Below are positions 24,194-32,000 of a DNA stretch of 32,000 nucleotides, one piece after another. The stretch is taken from contig CP166960.1 in assembly GCA_041447175.1 (NCBI GenBank), positions 199,118 to 231,117 on the forward strand, in the 5' to 3' direction. Position 1 is the stretch's first letter. Every line of letters starts with the position of its first letter. The translations under genes and the position numbers were made by a program. Under the pieces are notes generated by a model. That model did no database searches and was not told the origin of the DNA. It worked only from the letters and a program-made list of their open reading frames with translations. This stretch comes from Candidatus Bathyarchaeia archaeon (GTDB taxonomy: Archaea; Thermoproteota; Bathyarchaeia; Bathyarchaeales; Bathycorpusculaceae).

Positions 24194-26890
24194 TTATTTT
24201 CGTCTTCTCAGGACAAGAACCGCGACGGCAACGGCAACTATCACGACTGCTACGGCGACAGCTACGTAGGTTGTGGTTGGCATGCTGGCGGTGGGTTGCG
24301 GGGCTTGGCTTGGCGAAGGCGAAACAGGCGCTTGGGGTGTGGTGGTTGACGGCGCCAAGGTCGGCTCTGCGGGGTTTGGTGTGGCAGTGGCTTGAGCAAC
24401 GGGGGCTGCGGCTTCTCCGACGACTATGTAGGTTGAGTCAGATGAGCTGCCGTAGGATTTGGAGCCTTCAAATTCAGCCATGATTAAGTATTCGCCTTCC
24501 ACAGGCGGAGTCCAACTCATTCCATAGTTACCCCACATGTCACTGGTTACTTCGCCGATGACCTGCGTGTTGCAGTTGGGGTCAATGGCTGTCAGCTTCA
24601 CCGTTACTCCTTTTGCGTCTTCGGGCATGGGGCGCTGCTGGAACAGGTACTCCATCCACGCTTCTTGGTCTTCATCAGCAATTGCGGGTGTGCCTGCTAA
24701 AGCAAAGTCTACTTCTCCGTTGGTGTTGAGCCTGCCTGACGGTGTTTGGTCTGTGACTGTGCCGGTGATCATTATTTGTTCTCCAGCTGAAATCACGTTG
24801 TCCTGCACTTCTACGGTGGTTGCGCTGGGTCCCTTGCCAAAGCAGTACATTGCGTTGTCAAACAGGTTGTAGCTTACAAGCCGTTCATCAGCAACCAATG
24901 TGCCAGTGGACCACGAAGACATCTTCCACATCAGTTCTCCAGTCTCAAGGTCTACGCACCAGATGTTGGCGTCGCGTCTAAGCGGCACTGACGGTGAGTG
25001 CTCCGAAGTGTACATGTACGCTTTGCCGTCTGCAATACATCCCAGCGAAAGGGGCGTCTTCTGATAGAAGGTTTCACCTAAGCCCTCGTCAGGCGCAGAC
25101 CAAACCCAATCCACCGTTCCTGTTGGAATGTCGTAAGCGATGAGTTCGCCGCTGTAGCCATACGAGTAGAGTCTGCCGTTGTAAATGAAGTCGCTCATGC
25201 CATAGAAGTTAAACTGCGCTTCAGGTTCACTCTTCCACATCAGCTGCCCAGTGGTTAAACTGTAGCACCAGCGCTCTCTTGACAGAGGCATCTCAAAGAA
25301 GAACACGCCATCTTCAGGATCCACCAAACCCATGCTTACATCTCGGTAGCCAGGGGTGCGGATGATTTCTTGGTCATCAACAGTTTCAGGAGGCGTGAAA
25401 GTGGTTTCCCACAACAACTGCCCTTCATGGCCTTCTTCGAGGCTTAACGCCCACAAGTTGCCCTGCTCGGTGTAGGTGCTGTTCTTCTTGCCTGCATTTC
25501 CGCCGATGATGTATTGCCCTTCGCGAACGCTCATTATTGACCCTGAAACGTTGGGTACGGAAACGTTCAGCGAGAAGCCGTTGTTGCCATCAAACGTGGA
25601 GTTAAGGTCGGGGCGCCACATCCAGTAGTAGTTGCTGGTGAAAAACGGTTCATACCATATCGCTCGACTAGTGTTCCATACTGTCAACCGTTTATTGGCA
25701 CCTGAACCTGCAATGTTGTAGTAGAGTATGCTGCCGTCCTTGCCGTAAACCGATGTGCCCGAAGACGAAACGTTGGCTATGCTGCAGATGTAGTTACCCG
25801 AGTATGCATCGTACATATCCCACGTTCGAGATTTGCCCGTGTCAGTAACCCAAAGGTAAGGGAAGCCTCCGTGCTGGTTGGGCGAATCGTAATTGTAGAT
25901 TTGTCCAAACGCAAAGTCGCCATAGGGAATTTCTCCTGAATTATCAAAGCTTCCTGTTCCCGACGTATCCGTTACTGCACCTGTAGTGTTGCGGAACCAT
26001 ACCGTTTCTCCTGAGTAGAGGTCAACGCAATAGAAGCCTTCTCTTGGCGGTTGCTCAACGGTGTAGTAGATTTTTCCCTCCATGATTATGTTAGGTGCAC
26101 CGTAGCTTTCGTATGAGAGTCCAGTGTAGTAGCTTATGCTGCCTGTTCGGGTGTCCATGATGCCTCCAGACCAGAATGGACGTGTCCAAAGAACGTGTGC
26201 GCTCTCAGGGGCTAAACCATAACCAAAGTTAGTGGTTGTCCCATTTGTCTGCGCGGCGCCTCCCAGCCAGTTCCCTGCAACGGTGTACCAGTTTCGGTTA
26301 GCTCCATATATGGGGCGCGTCCAGTAACCGTCAGGAAGCGGCGTCTCCTCGTAGCCTGCAACGGGGTCCTCTTGGACAGTAAATTGGACGGGGTCACTTT
26401 GACTGGCTAACGCAGTGTCGTTTACGAATTCAGGGCTGCGTATGGTGCTTGGCGTCGTATCGGGAAGCCCAGTATAGGTGTGCTCATCCATTTTGGCAAC
26501 GACAGTGTATGTGCCGACTTGGGTTGGCGTGTACAATGTCCAGCTACCACCAACGGGGTCCGAGATGAATGGTCCCATGCGATCTATTTCGCCATTTGGC
26601 TTGGTGATTTCTATGTTCCATGTGAACCTGTCACCGTAAGCACCTTGAGCGGTGTAGGGGTATTCAGCTGGCCAAAAGACGATAAGCATCTCTTGATTGA
26701 CACCTACATTCTCCGGAACAACTCCGACGTAGGACCAAGTTTCGATTGTCCACGGCGGGTCATGTGCCGTTGTCGCTGGTATGCTTACTGCAATGACTGG
26801 CAACGTGAGCAGCAGAATCAGCGTTACAGTGAATAGCTTTGTTGTGCCGTTTTTTTTCGATAAACTGTTTTGTTTATTTAAGAATTCCAC
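24194..26890 (-). CDS. Large secreted PQQ-like beta-propeller repeat protein with Ig-like end domains, Pro/Thr linker and C-terminal TM anchor
   Basis: Signal anchor KLFTVTLILLLTLPVIAVSIPATTA. Repeated blade motifs of the type G.(I/L)Y....G.(L/F)...D..TGE..W (GKIYYTVE..GFYCVDLYSGETVWF, GRLYSYGYSGELIAYDIPTGTVDWVW, IWCVDLETGELMWKM). C-terminus PT-rich, then VAVAVAVVIVAVAVAVLVLRRRK. Confidence 0.7.
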   Translation of the reverse strand: MEFLNKQNSLSKKNGTTKLFTVTLILLLTLPVIAVSIPATTAHDPPWTIETWSYVGVVPENVGVNQEMLIVFWPAEYPYTAQGAYGDRFTWNIEITKPNGEIDRMGPFISDPVGGSWTLYTPTQVGTYTVVAKMDEHTYTGLPDTTPSTIRSPEFVNDTALASQSDPVQFTVQEDPVAGYEETPLPDGYWTRPIYGANRNWYTVAGNWLGGAAQTNGTTTNFGYGLAPESAHVLWTRPFWSGGIMDTRTGSISYYTGLSYESYGAPNIIMEGKIYYTVEQPPREGFYCVDLYSGETVWFRNTTGAVTDTSGTGSFDNSGEIPYGDFAFGQIYNYDSPNQHGGFPYLWVTDTGKSRTWDMYDAYSGNYICSIANVSSSGTSVYGKDGSILYYNIAGSGANKRLTVWNTSRAIWYEPFFTSNYYWMWRPDLNSTFDGNNGFSLNVSVPNVSGSIMSVREGQYIIGGNAGKKNSTYTEQGNLWALSLEEGHEGQLLWETTFTPPETVDDQEIIRTPGYRDVSMGLVDPEDGVFFFEMPLSRERWCYSLTTGQLMWKSEPEAQFNFYGMSDFIYNGRLYSYGYSGELIAYDIPTGTVDWVWSAPDEGLGETFYQKTPLSLGCIADGKAYMYTSEHSPSVPLRRDANIWCVDLETGELMWKMSSWSTGTLVADERLVSYNLFDNAMYCFGKGPSATTVEVQDNVISAGEQIMITGTVTDQTPSGRLNTNGEVDFALAGTPAIADEDQEAWMEYLFQQRPMPEDAKGVTVKLTAIDPNCNTQVIGEVTSDMWGNYGMSWTPPVEGEYLIMAEFEGSKSYGSSSDSTYIVVGEAAAPVAQATATPNPAEPTLAPSTTTPQAPVSPSPSQAPQPTASMPTTTYVAVAVAVVIVAVAVAVLVLRRRK

Positions 26891-27224
26891 TAAGTATTTC
26901 TCTCCTATTTGCGTGTTAGTTTATGAATTAAACTGTTTATAAAATCTAGTTAGTGGTGTATCAACCCACACTTTTTCATGATGTTAAAATCAAATTTTAT
27001 AACATATTCCTTTTAGTTAATGGTTTCACTTCTTTATGTTCAGGTAAAATGTTTACCTGATACACATAATTAGCAAACCGATGTTTCGTCCAAGTTGACA
27101 CGGGTAGAATCTCGCACCGTAATCGATATATGCCCTTTTCAACCGAATCTTCCCAAGCAACGCGCAAACGGCGGAGTGGCACATAATCCTCGAAGTAATC
27201 TCCCTTAGCATAATCGTCCTTCTC

Positions 27225-28187
27225 TTGGGTATCCTGCTAGACATTGCAATAGGTGACCCCTCCCCCAACAGCCCCTACGCTTCATACTACAAAATCCACC
27301 CCACCGTCCTAATGGGCAACTTCATCGCCGCCCTCAAACCCCACCTCAAAAACCCTAACCCCCAACGCGAAAAAATCAATGGTGTCCTCCTCGGGGTCGC
27401 TACGGTTTTAGCGTTTGCGGTGCCCACGTTTCTGGTGCTTTGGGCAATCTGGACATATCTGGGAGCAATCAACTTCTGGCTAGGCGTAATTGTCTACGCT
27501 GTGGTCGGCATCGTCCTAGTCAAGTTTGCCGTCTGCATCAAGCTGGAAACGGACTGGGCAAAAGCCGCAGCCAAAGCCATCCAAGCCAACGACCTCACCG
27601 AAGCACGCAAGTACGCACACTTTAGCCGCCGCGACAGCTCCAACCTCGGAGGTCCTCAAATTGCGTCTGCCGTCATCGAATCCATGGCAGAAAACATCAT
27701 CGACTTCAAGTTTAGCCCCATCATATTCTACTCCCTATTTGGCGTCACTGGCGCCGTTGCTTTTCGTGCGATAAACACTCTTGACGGTATGGTGGGTTTC
27801 AAAGATAAAGAAAACATCAACCTTGGATGGTTTAGCGCCAACCTTGACCACGTCGTCAACTTCATCCCCTCACGCCTCACAGGCATCCTCATCATCGCCT
27901 CCGCCGCCCTGCTGAGAAAAGACCACAAAACCGCGTGGAAAATCGCCAAACGTGACCACAGCAAAACCCAAAGCCGCAACCACGGATGGCCCATGGCCGC
28001 CATGGCAGGCGCACTGCATGTGCAGTTTGAGAAGCCCGGCAAATACATCCTCGGCGACCCCACCGAACCTCTGAACGGAGACAAGATTCTGGAGGCACTG
28101 CGCATCAGGGACGTTTCAGTAGTTTTGTGCATTCTGATGTTTCTGCCTGTGCTGGTTTTGGTGAGGCTGTTTGTTTTTCCCTTCTAA
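27225..28187 (+). CDS. cbiB: Adenosylcobinamide-phosphate synthase CbiB/CobD membrane protein
   Basis: LLDIAIGDP...HPTVLMGNFI, AENIIDFKFSPIIFY, AFRAINTLDGMVGFKD, GWFSANLDHVVNFIPSRLTG and SRNHGWPMAAMAGALHVQFEKPGKYILGD. The first canonical start in the open frame is TTG 27225, which gives an unusually short N-terminus. Confidence 0.85.
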   Translation: MGILLDIAIGDPSPNSPYASYYKIHPTVLMGNFIAALKPHLKNPNPQREKINGVLLGVATVLAFAVPTFLVLWAIWTYLGAINFWLGVIVYAVVGIVLVKFAVCIKLETDWAKAAAKAIQANDLTEARKYAHFSRRDSSNLGGPQIASAVIESMAENIIDFKFSPIIFYSLFGVTGAVAFRAINTLDGMVGFKDKENINLGWFSANLDHVVNFIPSRLTGILIIASAALLRKDHKTAWKIAKRDHSKTQSRNHGWPMAAMAGALHVQFEKPGKYILGDPTEPLNGDKILEALRIRDVSVVLCILMFLPVLVLVRLFVFPF

Positions 28188-29101
28188 GTCTGCGATTTTC
28201 CCTTGGTTTTTCTGAGCATCAGGTAGATGCCTACTGCCATGAGGGGAATCATCCAAAGCTCTCCAAACTCCGCCATCCACGCAGCATCAACGCTGACACA
28301 GTACGCCACAAAAATAATCAGATGCAAGCTCAAAAAGAAGCCCGCGGCTCCCCACAGTCGCATAGCCTTGTTCCAGCCGCCCTTCAGTGATTGTCGTGTT
28401 GCAAAAGCCGCAAAAACTACCGCTATGGTGAATGTGGTGGCGGTGTTTACGAAGGCAACCACCACCGGCAAAGACAGCAACCAGTGAAGACCCTCTAAGA
28501 TGCTCATTTCAACCCATTTCGTCCAATACGTAACGTACAGCGCTACGATGTAGGTGAGGCATGCATAAACCGCCAGCTTCGTCACTGCTGCCCTGTCCAG
28601 TTGCGTGTCGGGTTTGCGCAGTTTTTGACTGAGTAGTATGAGGATAGGGGAAATCAGAACCATTTGAGTGGTTAAGGCTGTGGATAGGCAGATTCGGGAC
28701 GTGAGTGGAAGGGACGAAAAGTCCATCAGATACGCTACTGAGGGGATAAGCGAAAAAAAGTACACGCCCTCCAGAATCAGTGCCCACGAGATTTTGCTGC
28801 GAACCCGCCAAGAAAGTACCCCGCAAGACCGCAAAATCTGCAGAGCCGCAACCAAAGCAAAAACAGCGCCCCCAAGACGGACTGTTAAGCCTGCAAACCC
28901 TGCGTACTCCATCAGGTACGATATGTCCCTGCTCAGTTGGTCGACATGTTGGAGCCCAGCGGCGGGACGGTAACCCTCTGGATTGACGGAGATTTCTATT
29001 ATCCACGGAAAGGACTTAACTGACCAAAACAGGACGTAACCCAGAAACGCGCAAACCATAACCAACAGAAGCGCCTTTGCAACAGTTTGCCTCTTAGACA
29101 T
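28184..29101 (-). CDS. Polytopic membrane protein of unknown function (about 8 TM helices)
   Basis: A long hydrophobic ORF. ATG 29101 (MSKRQTVAKALLLVMV...) is preferred over the upstream ATG 29143. Its stop overlaps the convergent cbiB stop (28184-28187). No family recognised. Confidence 0.6.
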   Translation of the reverse strand: MSKRQTVAKALLLVMVCAFLGYVLFWSVKSFPWIIEISVNPEGYRPAAGLQHVDQLSRDISYLMEYAGFAGLTVRLGGAVFALVAALQILRSCGVLSWRVRSKISWALILEGVYFFSLIPSVAYLMDFSSLPLTSRICLSTALTTQMVLISPILILLSQKLRKPDTQLDRAAVTKLAVYACLTYIVALYVTYWTKWVEMSILEGLHWLLSLPVVVAFVNTATTFTIAVVFAAFATRQSLKGGWNKAMRLWGAAGFFLSLHLIIFVAYCVSVDAAWMAEFGELWMIPLMAVGIYLMLRKTKGKSQT

Positions 29102-29194
29102 CTCTCTCCCCCGGTTGCTCCCGCAAACTCCTTGGGCATGCACAGATTATTTCTCGATGGCTTGTGCATTTAACACTTCGCCAAAAACCAGCGG

Positions 29195-30277
29195 TCACTT
29201 ATCTTGCTTCTGCAACTGCTCAAGCATGTCCATAATCGGCAGCCTATAAGGGCATTTTGGCTCGCAACTGCCGCATTGGTTGCATCTGTCTGGCGAAACT
29301 TCAAGGGACGCTGCAAGTTTTCCAGCCCACCTCTCCAATCCGTAAACGTCAGCCAAAGCCTTAAACCTCAACTGGGCAGGGATGTCCACGTTTTGTGGGC
29401 ATGGCAAGCATAAACTGCAGTCTCGGCAATAGTCGTCCAGCGTGACCGTGAAGCGTTGTTTCTCCTCAGCTGTGCGCTCCGTGAATTCGTTTCCCGCTTT
29501 GGCTGCTGCTTTTACCTCTGCTACGGATTTGACGCCCGCAATTGCAACCGCTACGTTCTGTGCCAGAACAAACCGTAACGCATTTTGTGCCATCGCATCC
29601 GCGTCAGGTCCCAGTAGTGTGTGCAGTTCGGGCTCGTCGCTGAGTAGCGAAAGTGAAGGCTGGTAGAAGCAGGTTATGAGTTTGCTGGTTTTGGCAAAAA
29701 ACGGCTTCATCGTCATCACGCCGACATCGTGAGCCTTTGCAAAGGGCACAAGCTCTTCAAGTGCCTGCCGCGTGACCACGTTAAGTGGAACCAGCACAGT
29801 GTCAAACTCGCCTGTCTCAATAGCCTTCACCAACACGCGGGGTCGGTGGCTTGTGATGCCCACAAAATCCGCCAACCCTTCACGCCGCGCCAACTTGCAT
29901 GTCTGCAGCGCGCCGTCTTCGCTCATGGCTTTTTGGAGTGTGCGTTCGTCGTCTATGCCGTGCAGTTGCAGGATGTCCAAGCGGTCCGTTTGCAGCCGTT
30001 GGAGGCTTTCTTTCACGTCTTGCAGCGATTCCCGTTTGGTTCGGGAACCCGTTTTGGTTGCTATGACGCATTTATCGCGTACCTCCTTGAGGGCGACGCC
30101 GATTTTTTCTTCGCTGTCCCCGTCCCACTTCGCCGTGTCGAAATACGTGATTCCCAAATCAAAAGCGGTTCGAACCACCTTCGCGGTTTCCTGGGCGTCA
30201 AGTTGGGCTATCCATGTGCCCCCAAACCCAACCTGTGAAACCTCCAACCCTGTTCTGCCCAGTCTTCTTTTCTGCAA
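29195..30277 (-). CDS. Aldo/keto reductase with C-terminal 4Fe-4S ferredoxin-like cysteine clusters
   Basis: AKR N-terminus MQKRRLGRTGLEVSQVGFGGTWI, followed by YFDTA, LDILQLHG and GITSH. C-terminal CRDCSLCLPCP and CNQCGSCEPKCP. Confidence 0.85.
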   Translation of the reverse strand: MQKRRLGRTGLEVSQVGFGGTWIAQLDAQETAKVVRTAFDLGITYFDTAKWDGDSEEKIGVALKEVRDKCVIATKTGSRTKRESLQDVKESLQRLQTDRLDILQLHGIDDERTLQKAMSEDGALQTCKLARREGLADFVGITSHRPRVLVKAIETGEFDTVLVPLNVVTRQALEELVPFAKAHDVGVMTMKPFFAKTSKLITCFYQPSLSLLSDEPELHTLLGPDADAMAQNALRFVLAQNVAVAIAGVKSVAEVKAAAKAGNEFTERTAEEKQRFTVTLDDYCRDCSLCLPCPQNVDIPAQLRFKALADVYGLERWAGKLAASLEVSPDRCNQCGSCEPKCPYRLPIMDMLEQLQKQDK

Positions 30278-30376
30278 GAATTTTGCTCCTCACAGTTTCG
30301 TGGAATAAACACCATATAAACGTGCTTGCCGACTGCTCTGCTGAGCTAACGAAAGAAAAAAGCTGGAGTTTGTGTG

Positions 30377-30943
30377 TTAGCTGGTTAGTTGCGCTACAAA
30401 GTCTGCTGCGCGGGCGTTGAGGTCTTCACCAGCGCCGATTTTCACCACAACAGCATTCGGCAAAGAGCCTTCAGGCGAGAGCGCTGTGACTGCGTCTTTT
30501 ATCATGGCAATGTCGCTGGCTTCTTGGGGTCCTGAACCGCTTCCAAACACGCCGACTTTGGTGCCTTGGTCGGGGGTGAGGTTGTTGAGGAAGTCTTTGA
30601 TGGAGCTTGTTGGTGCTCCGCCGTAGATGGGTCCCCCAGCAACAACGATGGCGTATCCTGTTGTGTCCTCCGTGGTGTTGCTTCGCACGCCAGCAAGGTC
30701 AACGGTGTAGCCGCTGGATAGCAGGTCGCTGGATACTTGGTCGGCAACGCCTTTGGCTGCGCCCGTCAAGCCGGGGTCGTAAACCACCAGTGCCCTTCCC
30801 GCGGAAGACCCAGAAGGCGTGAGAGTTTCGGACTGCGTTGCTCCTATGGCGGAGATATCCAGGAACATCACTGCGGCAAAGCCCACAAAGAAAACGATAA
30901 GTACGGCAAATATGGCTATGATTATTTTTAGGATTTTTCGCAT
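30377..30943 (-). CDS. Flavodoxin-like domain protein with N-terminal TM anchor
   Basis: MRKILKIIIAIFAVLIVFFVGFAAVMFL is followed by a flavodoxin-like pattern: RALVVYDPGLTGAAKGVA, IVVAGGPIYGGAPTSSIKDFL, KVGVFGSGSG. Confidence 0.65.
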   Translation of the reverse strand: MRKILKIIIAIFAVLIVFFVGFAAVMFLDISAIGATQSETLTPSGSSAGRALVVYDPGLTGAAKGVADQVSSDLLSSGYTVDLAGVRSNTTEDTTGYAIVVAGGPIYGGAPTSSIKDFLNNLTPDQGTKVGVFGSGSGPQEASDIAMIKDAVTALSPEGSLPNAVVVKIGAGEDLNARAADFVAQLTS

Positions 30944-31049
30944 TTGTCTCTCCTGTTTGCTCAGCAGTACCTCTGAAGTTTTCAGTATATAAAATCATCT
31001 AAATAGTAAGGAAAAATGTTTGTCGCGTTTCTTTTTTCTATACGCGATT

Positions 31050-32000
31050 TTAACTGGTTTGGATGTTTGGCTGTAGCGTTCTCATTTTCTGCCTCAACGC
31101 GTTAACCAGCCGCAAGTTATCCTCCGCCGACCTAACTGTTACTCGGAAGTAGGTGTTGTCTAAACCGACAAACGTGCAGCAATCCCTAATCAGCAAGCCT
31201 TCTTTGCCCAGTTGCTCTCGAAGTTCCGTGGATGTCAAGTTGGGTGCAGTGATTTTCACCAACAAAAAATTCGTTTCCGAGGGGAAAGCGTGAAGCCCGC
31301 CGATTTCCATAATTGCCTTCGCGAGAGCCGCTTTCTCTCGCACGATGGTGTTTTGGGTGTTTTCTATGAACGCTGTGTCTTGGAAGGCTGCTAGCGTGGC
31401 GTTGCCCGCCAGTCCGTTGATGCTCCAGGGCTGTCGCGTAGTTTGCAGCTTGTCGATGAGGCTTTTTGCCGCAATGGCATAGCCGAACCGTATGCCGGGC
31501 ATGCCGTAGAACTTGGTGACGGAGCGAATAACAAAGAGGTTCTCGTATTGTTGGACGTAACCTGCGACGGTGGCTTCTTGCCCCTGAGGCGCAAACTCTA
31601 TGTAATTCTCGTCCACGCTGACGATGATGCCTCTTGTCTGGCAATACGCCGCCAAATCCAAAATCGTGTCGCGGCTGTAGAGGGTACCTGAGGGGCTGTG
31701 GGGGTTGCAGATGTAAACGATTTTGGTGTCGTCGGTGATGGCTTTTTTGACGTTTTCGTTTTCCAGCATGAAGTTGAAGGGTAGCTGCACGAAAACTACG
31801 TCGCCGCCGACGCGCAGGACGGCTTTTTCGTATTCACTAAACGATGGTACGGGAATGACAGCTTTGAATTTGCCTTCGAAGGCTTCGGTTATCATGTAAA
31901 TGAGTTCAATGGAGCCGTTGCCCACAATGACGTTTTCCGCACCCACACCATGCCCAACGTAATGGGCGATTTGCCGCTTCAAATCCACGGGGTCAGGGTC
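31050..32000 (-). CDS. Class I/II PLP-dependent aminotransferase family protein (HisC-like, candidate L-threonine-O-3-phosphate decarboxylase CobD), 5' end beyond window
   Basis: The frame stays open to base 32000 and reads DPDPVDLKRQIAHYVG, matching the YPDP...L...IA.Y motif. NGSIELI, CNPHSPSG, VDENYIEF and SVTKFYGMPGIRFGYAI (PLP lysine) are present. It lies close to cbiB. Confidence 0.75.
   Translation of the reverse strand, partial: DPDPVDLKRQIAHYVGHGVGAENVIVGNGSIELIYMITEAFEGKFKAVIPVPSFSEYEKAVLRVGGDVVFVQLPFNFMLENENVKKAITDDTKIVYICNPHSPSGTLYSRDTILDLAAYCQTRGIIVSVDENYIEFAPQGQEATVAGYVQQYENLFVIRSVTKFYGMPGIRFGYAIAAKSLIDKLQTTRQPWSINGLAGNATLAAFQDTAFIENTQNTIVREKAALAKAIMEIGGLHAFPSETNFLLVKITAPNLTSTELREQLGKEGLLIRDCCTFVGLDNTYFRVTVRSAEDNLRLVNALRQKMRTLQPNIQTS

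Noticed and set aside
26997-27182. 61-aa minus-strand ORF (plus an overlapping 71-aa ORF) in the gap between cbiB and the propeller gene
   Set aside because: Its composition is protein-like, but no family motif is visible. It would leave only about 40 bp for two divergent promoters, and it overlaps the open upstream frame of cbiB. I treat it as unsupported.
26891-27224. Cobalamin riboswitch upstream of cbiB
   Set aside because: I could not find a B12-box-like conserved core or the expected multi-stem GC-rich architecture. The region is mostly AT-rich.

Overview
This is a 32 kb archaeal chromosomal segment. The archaeal assignment is an inference from aEF-1beta plus its Zn-ribbon partner, Pth2, NadM-type NMN adenylyltransferase, Cdc48/VCP, geranylgeranyl reductase, TruD/Pus7 and an MtrH-family methyltransferase. 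Gene content resembles uncultivated Bathyarchaeia-like lineages, but taxonomy cannot be settled from sequence alone. Coding density is high and there are no rRNA genes, tRNA genes or CRISPR arrays. Contents, in order: (1) three tandem paralogous, sequon-dense beta-helix surface proteins, two with PEF-CTERM-like tails; (2) a small DUF1616-like membrane protein; (3) a two-gene corrinoid protein plus MtrH-like methyltransferase operon; (4) two tandem paralogous GT-C-like polytopic membrane proteins with a degenerate STT3-like motif; (5) nadM overlapping a flavodoxin-like quinone reductase, then a hemerythrin; (6) a vapBC pair with a perfect palindromic operator; (7) a Zn-ribbon, EF-1beta, Cdc48, small protein and geranylgeranyl reductase block; (8) a ~1.9 kb AT-rich island with decayed membrane ORFs, an orphan TM protein and a truncated TIR-like/TM protein; (9) pth2-truD; (10) a large PQQ-like beta-propeller surface protein; (11) cbiB and a cobD/hisC-like aminotransferase separated by a membrane/redox gene trio. 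The best leads for something undescribed are four. First, a ~100 bp repeat family is present as tandem units at 15.4-15.6 kb and as an inverted copy at 20.3 kb. These copies bracket the housekeeping block, and accessory DNA lies just outside both. Second, the AT-rich island carries the minimal TIR-like gene. Third, the corrinoid protein paired with the MtrH homolog lacks the usual cap domain. Fourth, a surface-glycoprotein and GT-C neighbourhood. None of these can be assigned a function from sequence inspection alone. All family calls rest on motifs recognised by eye, not on database searches.
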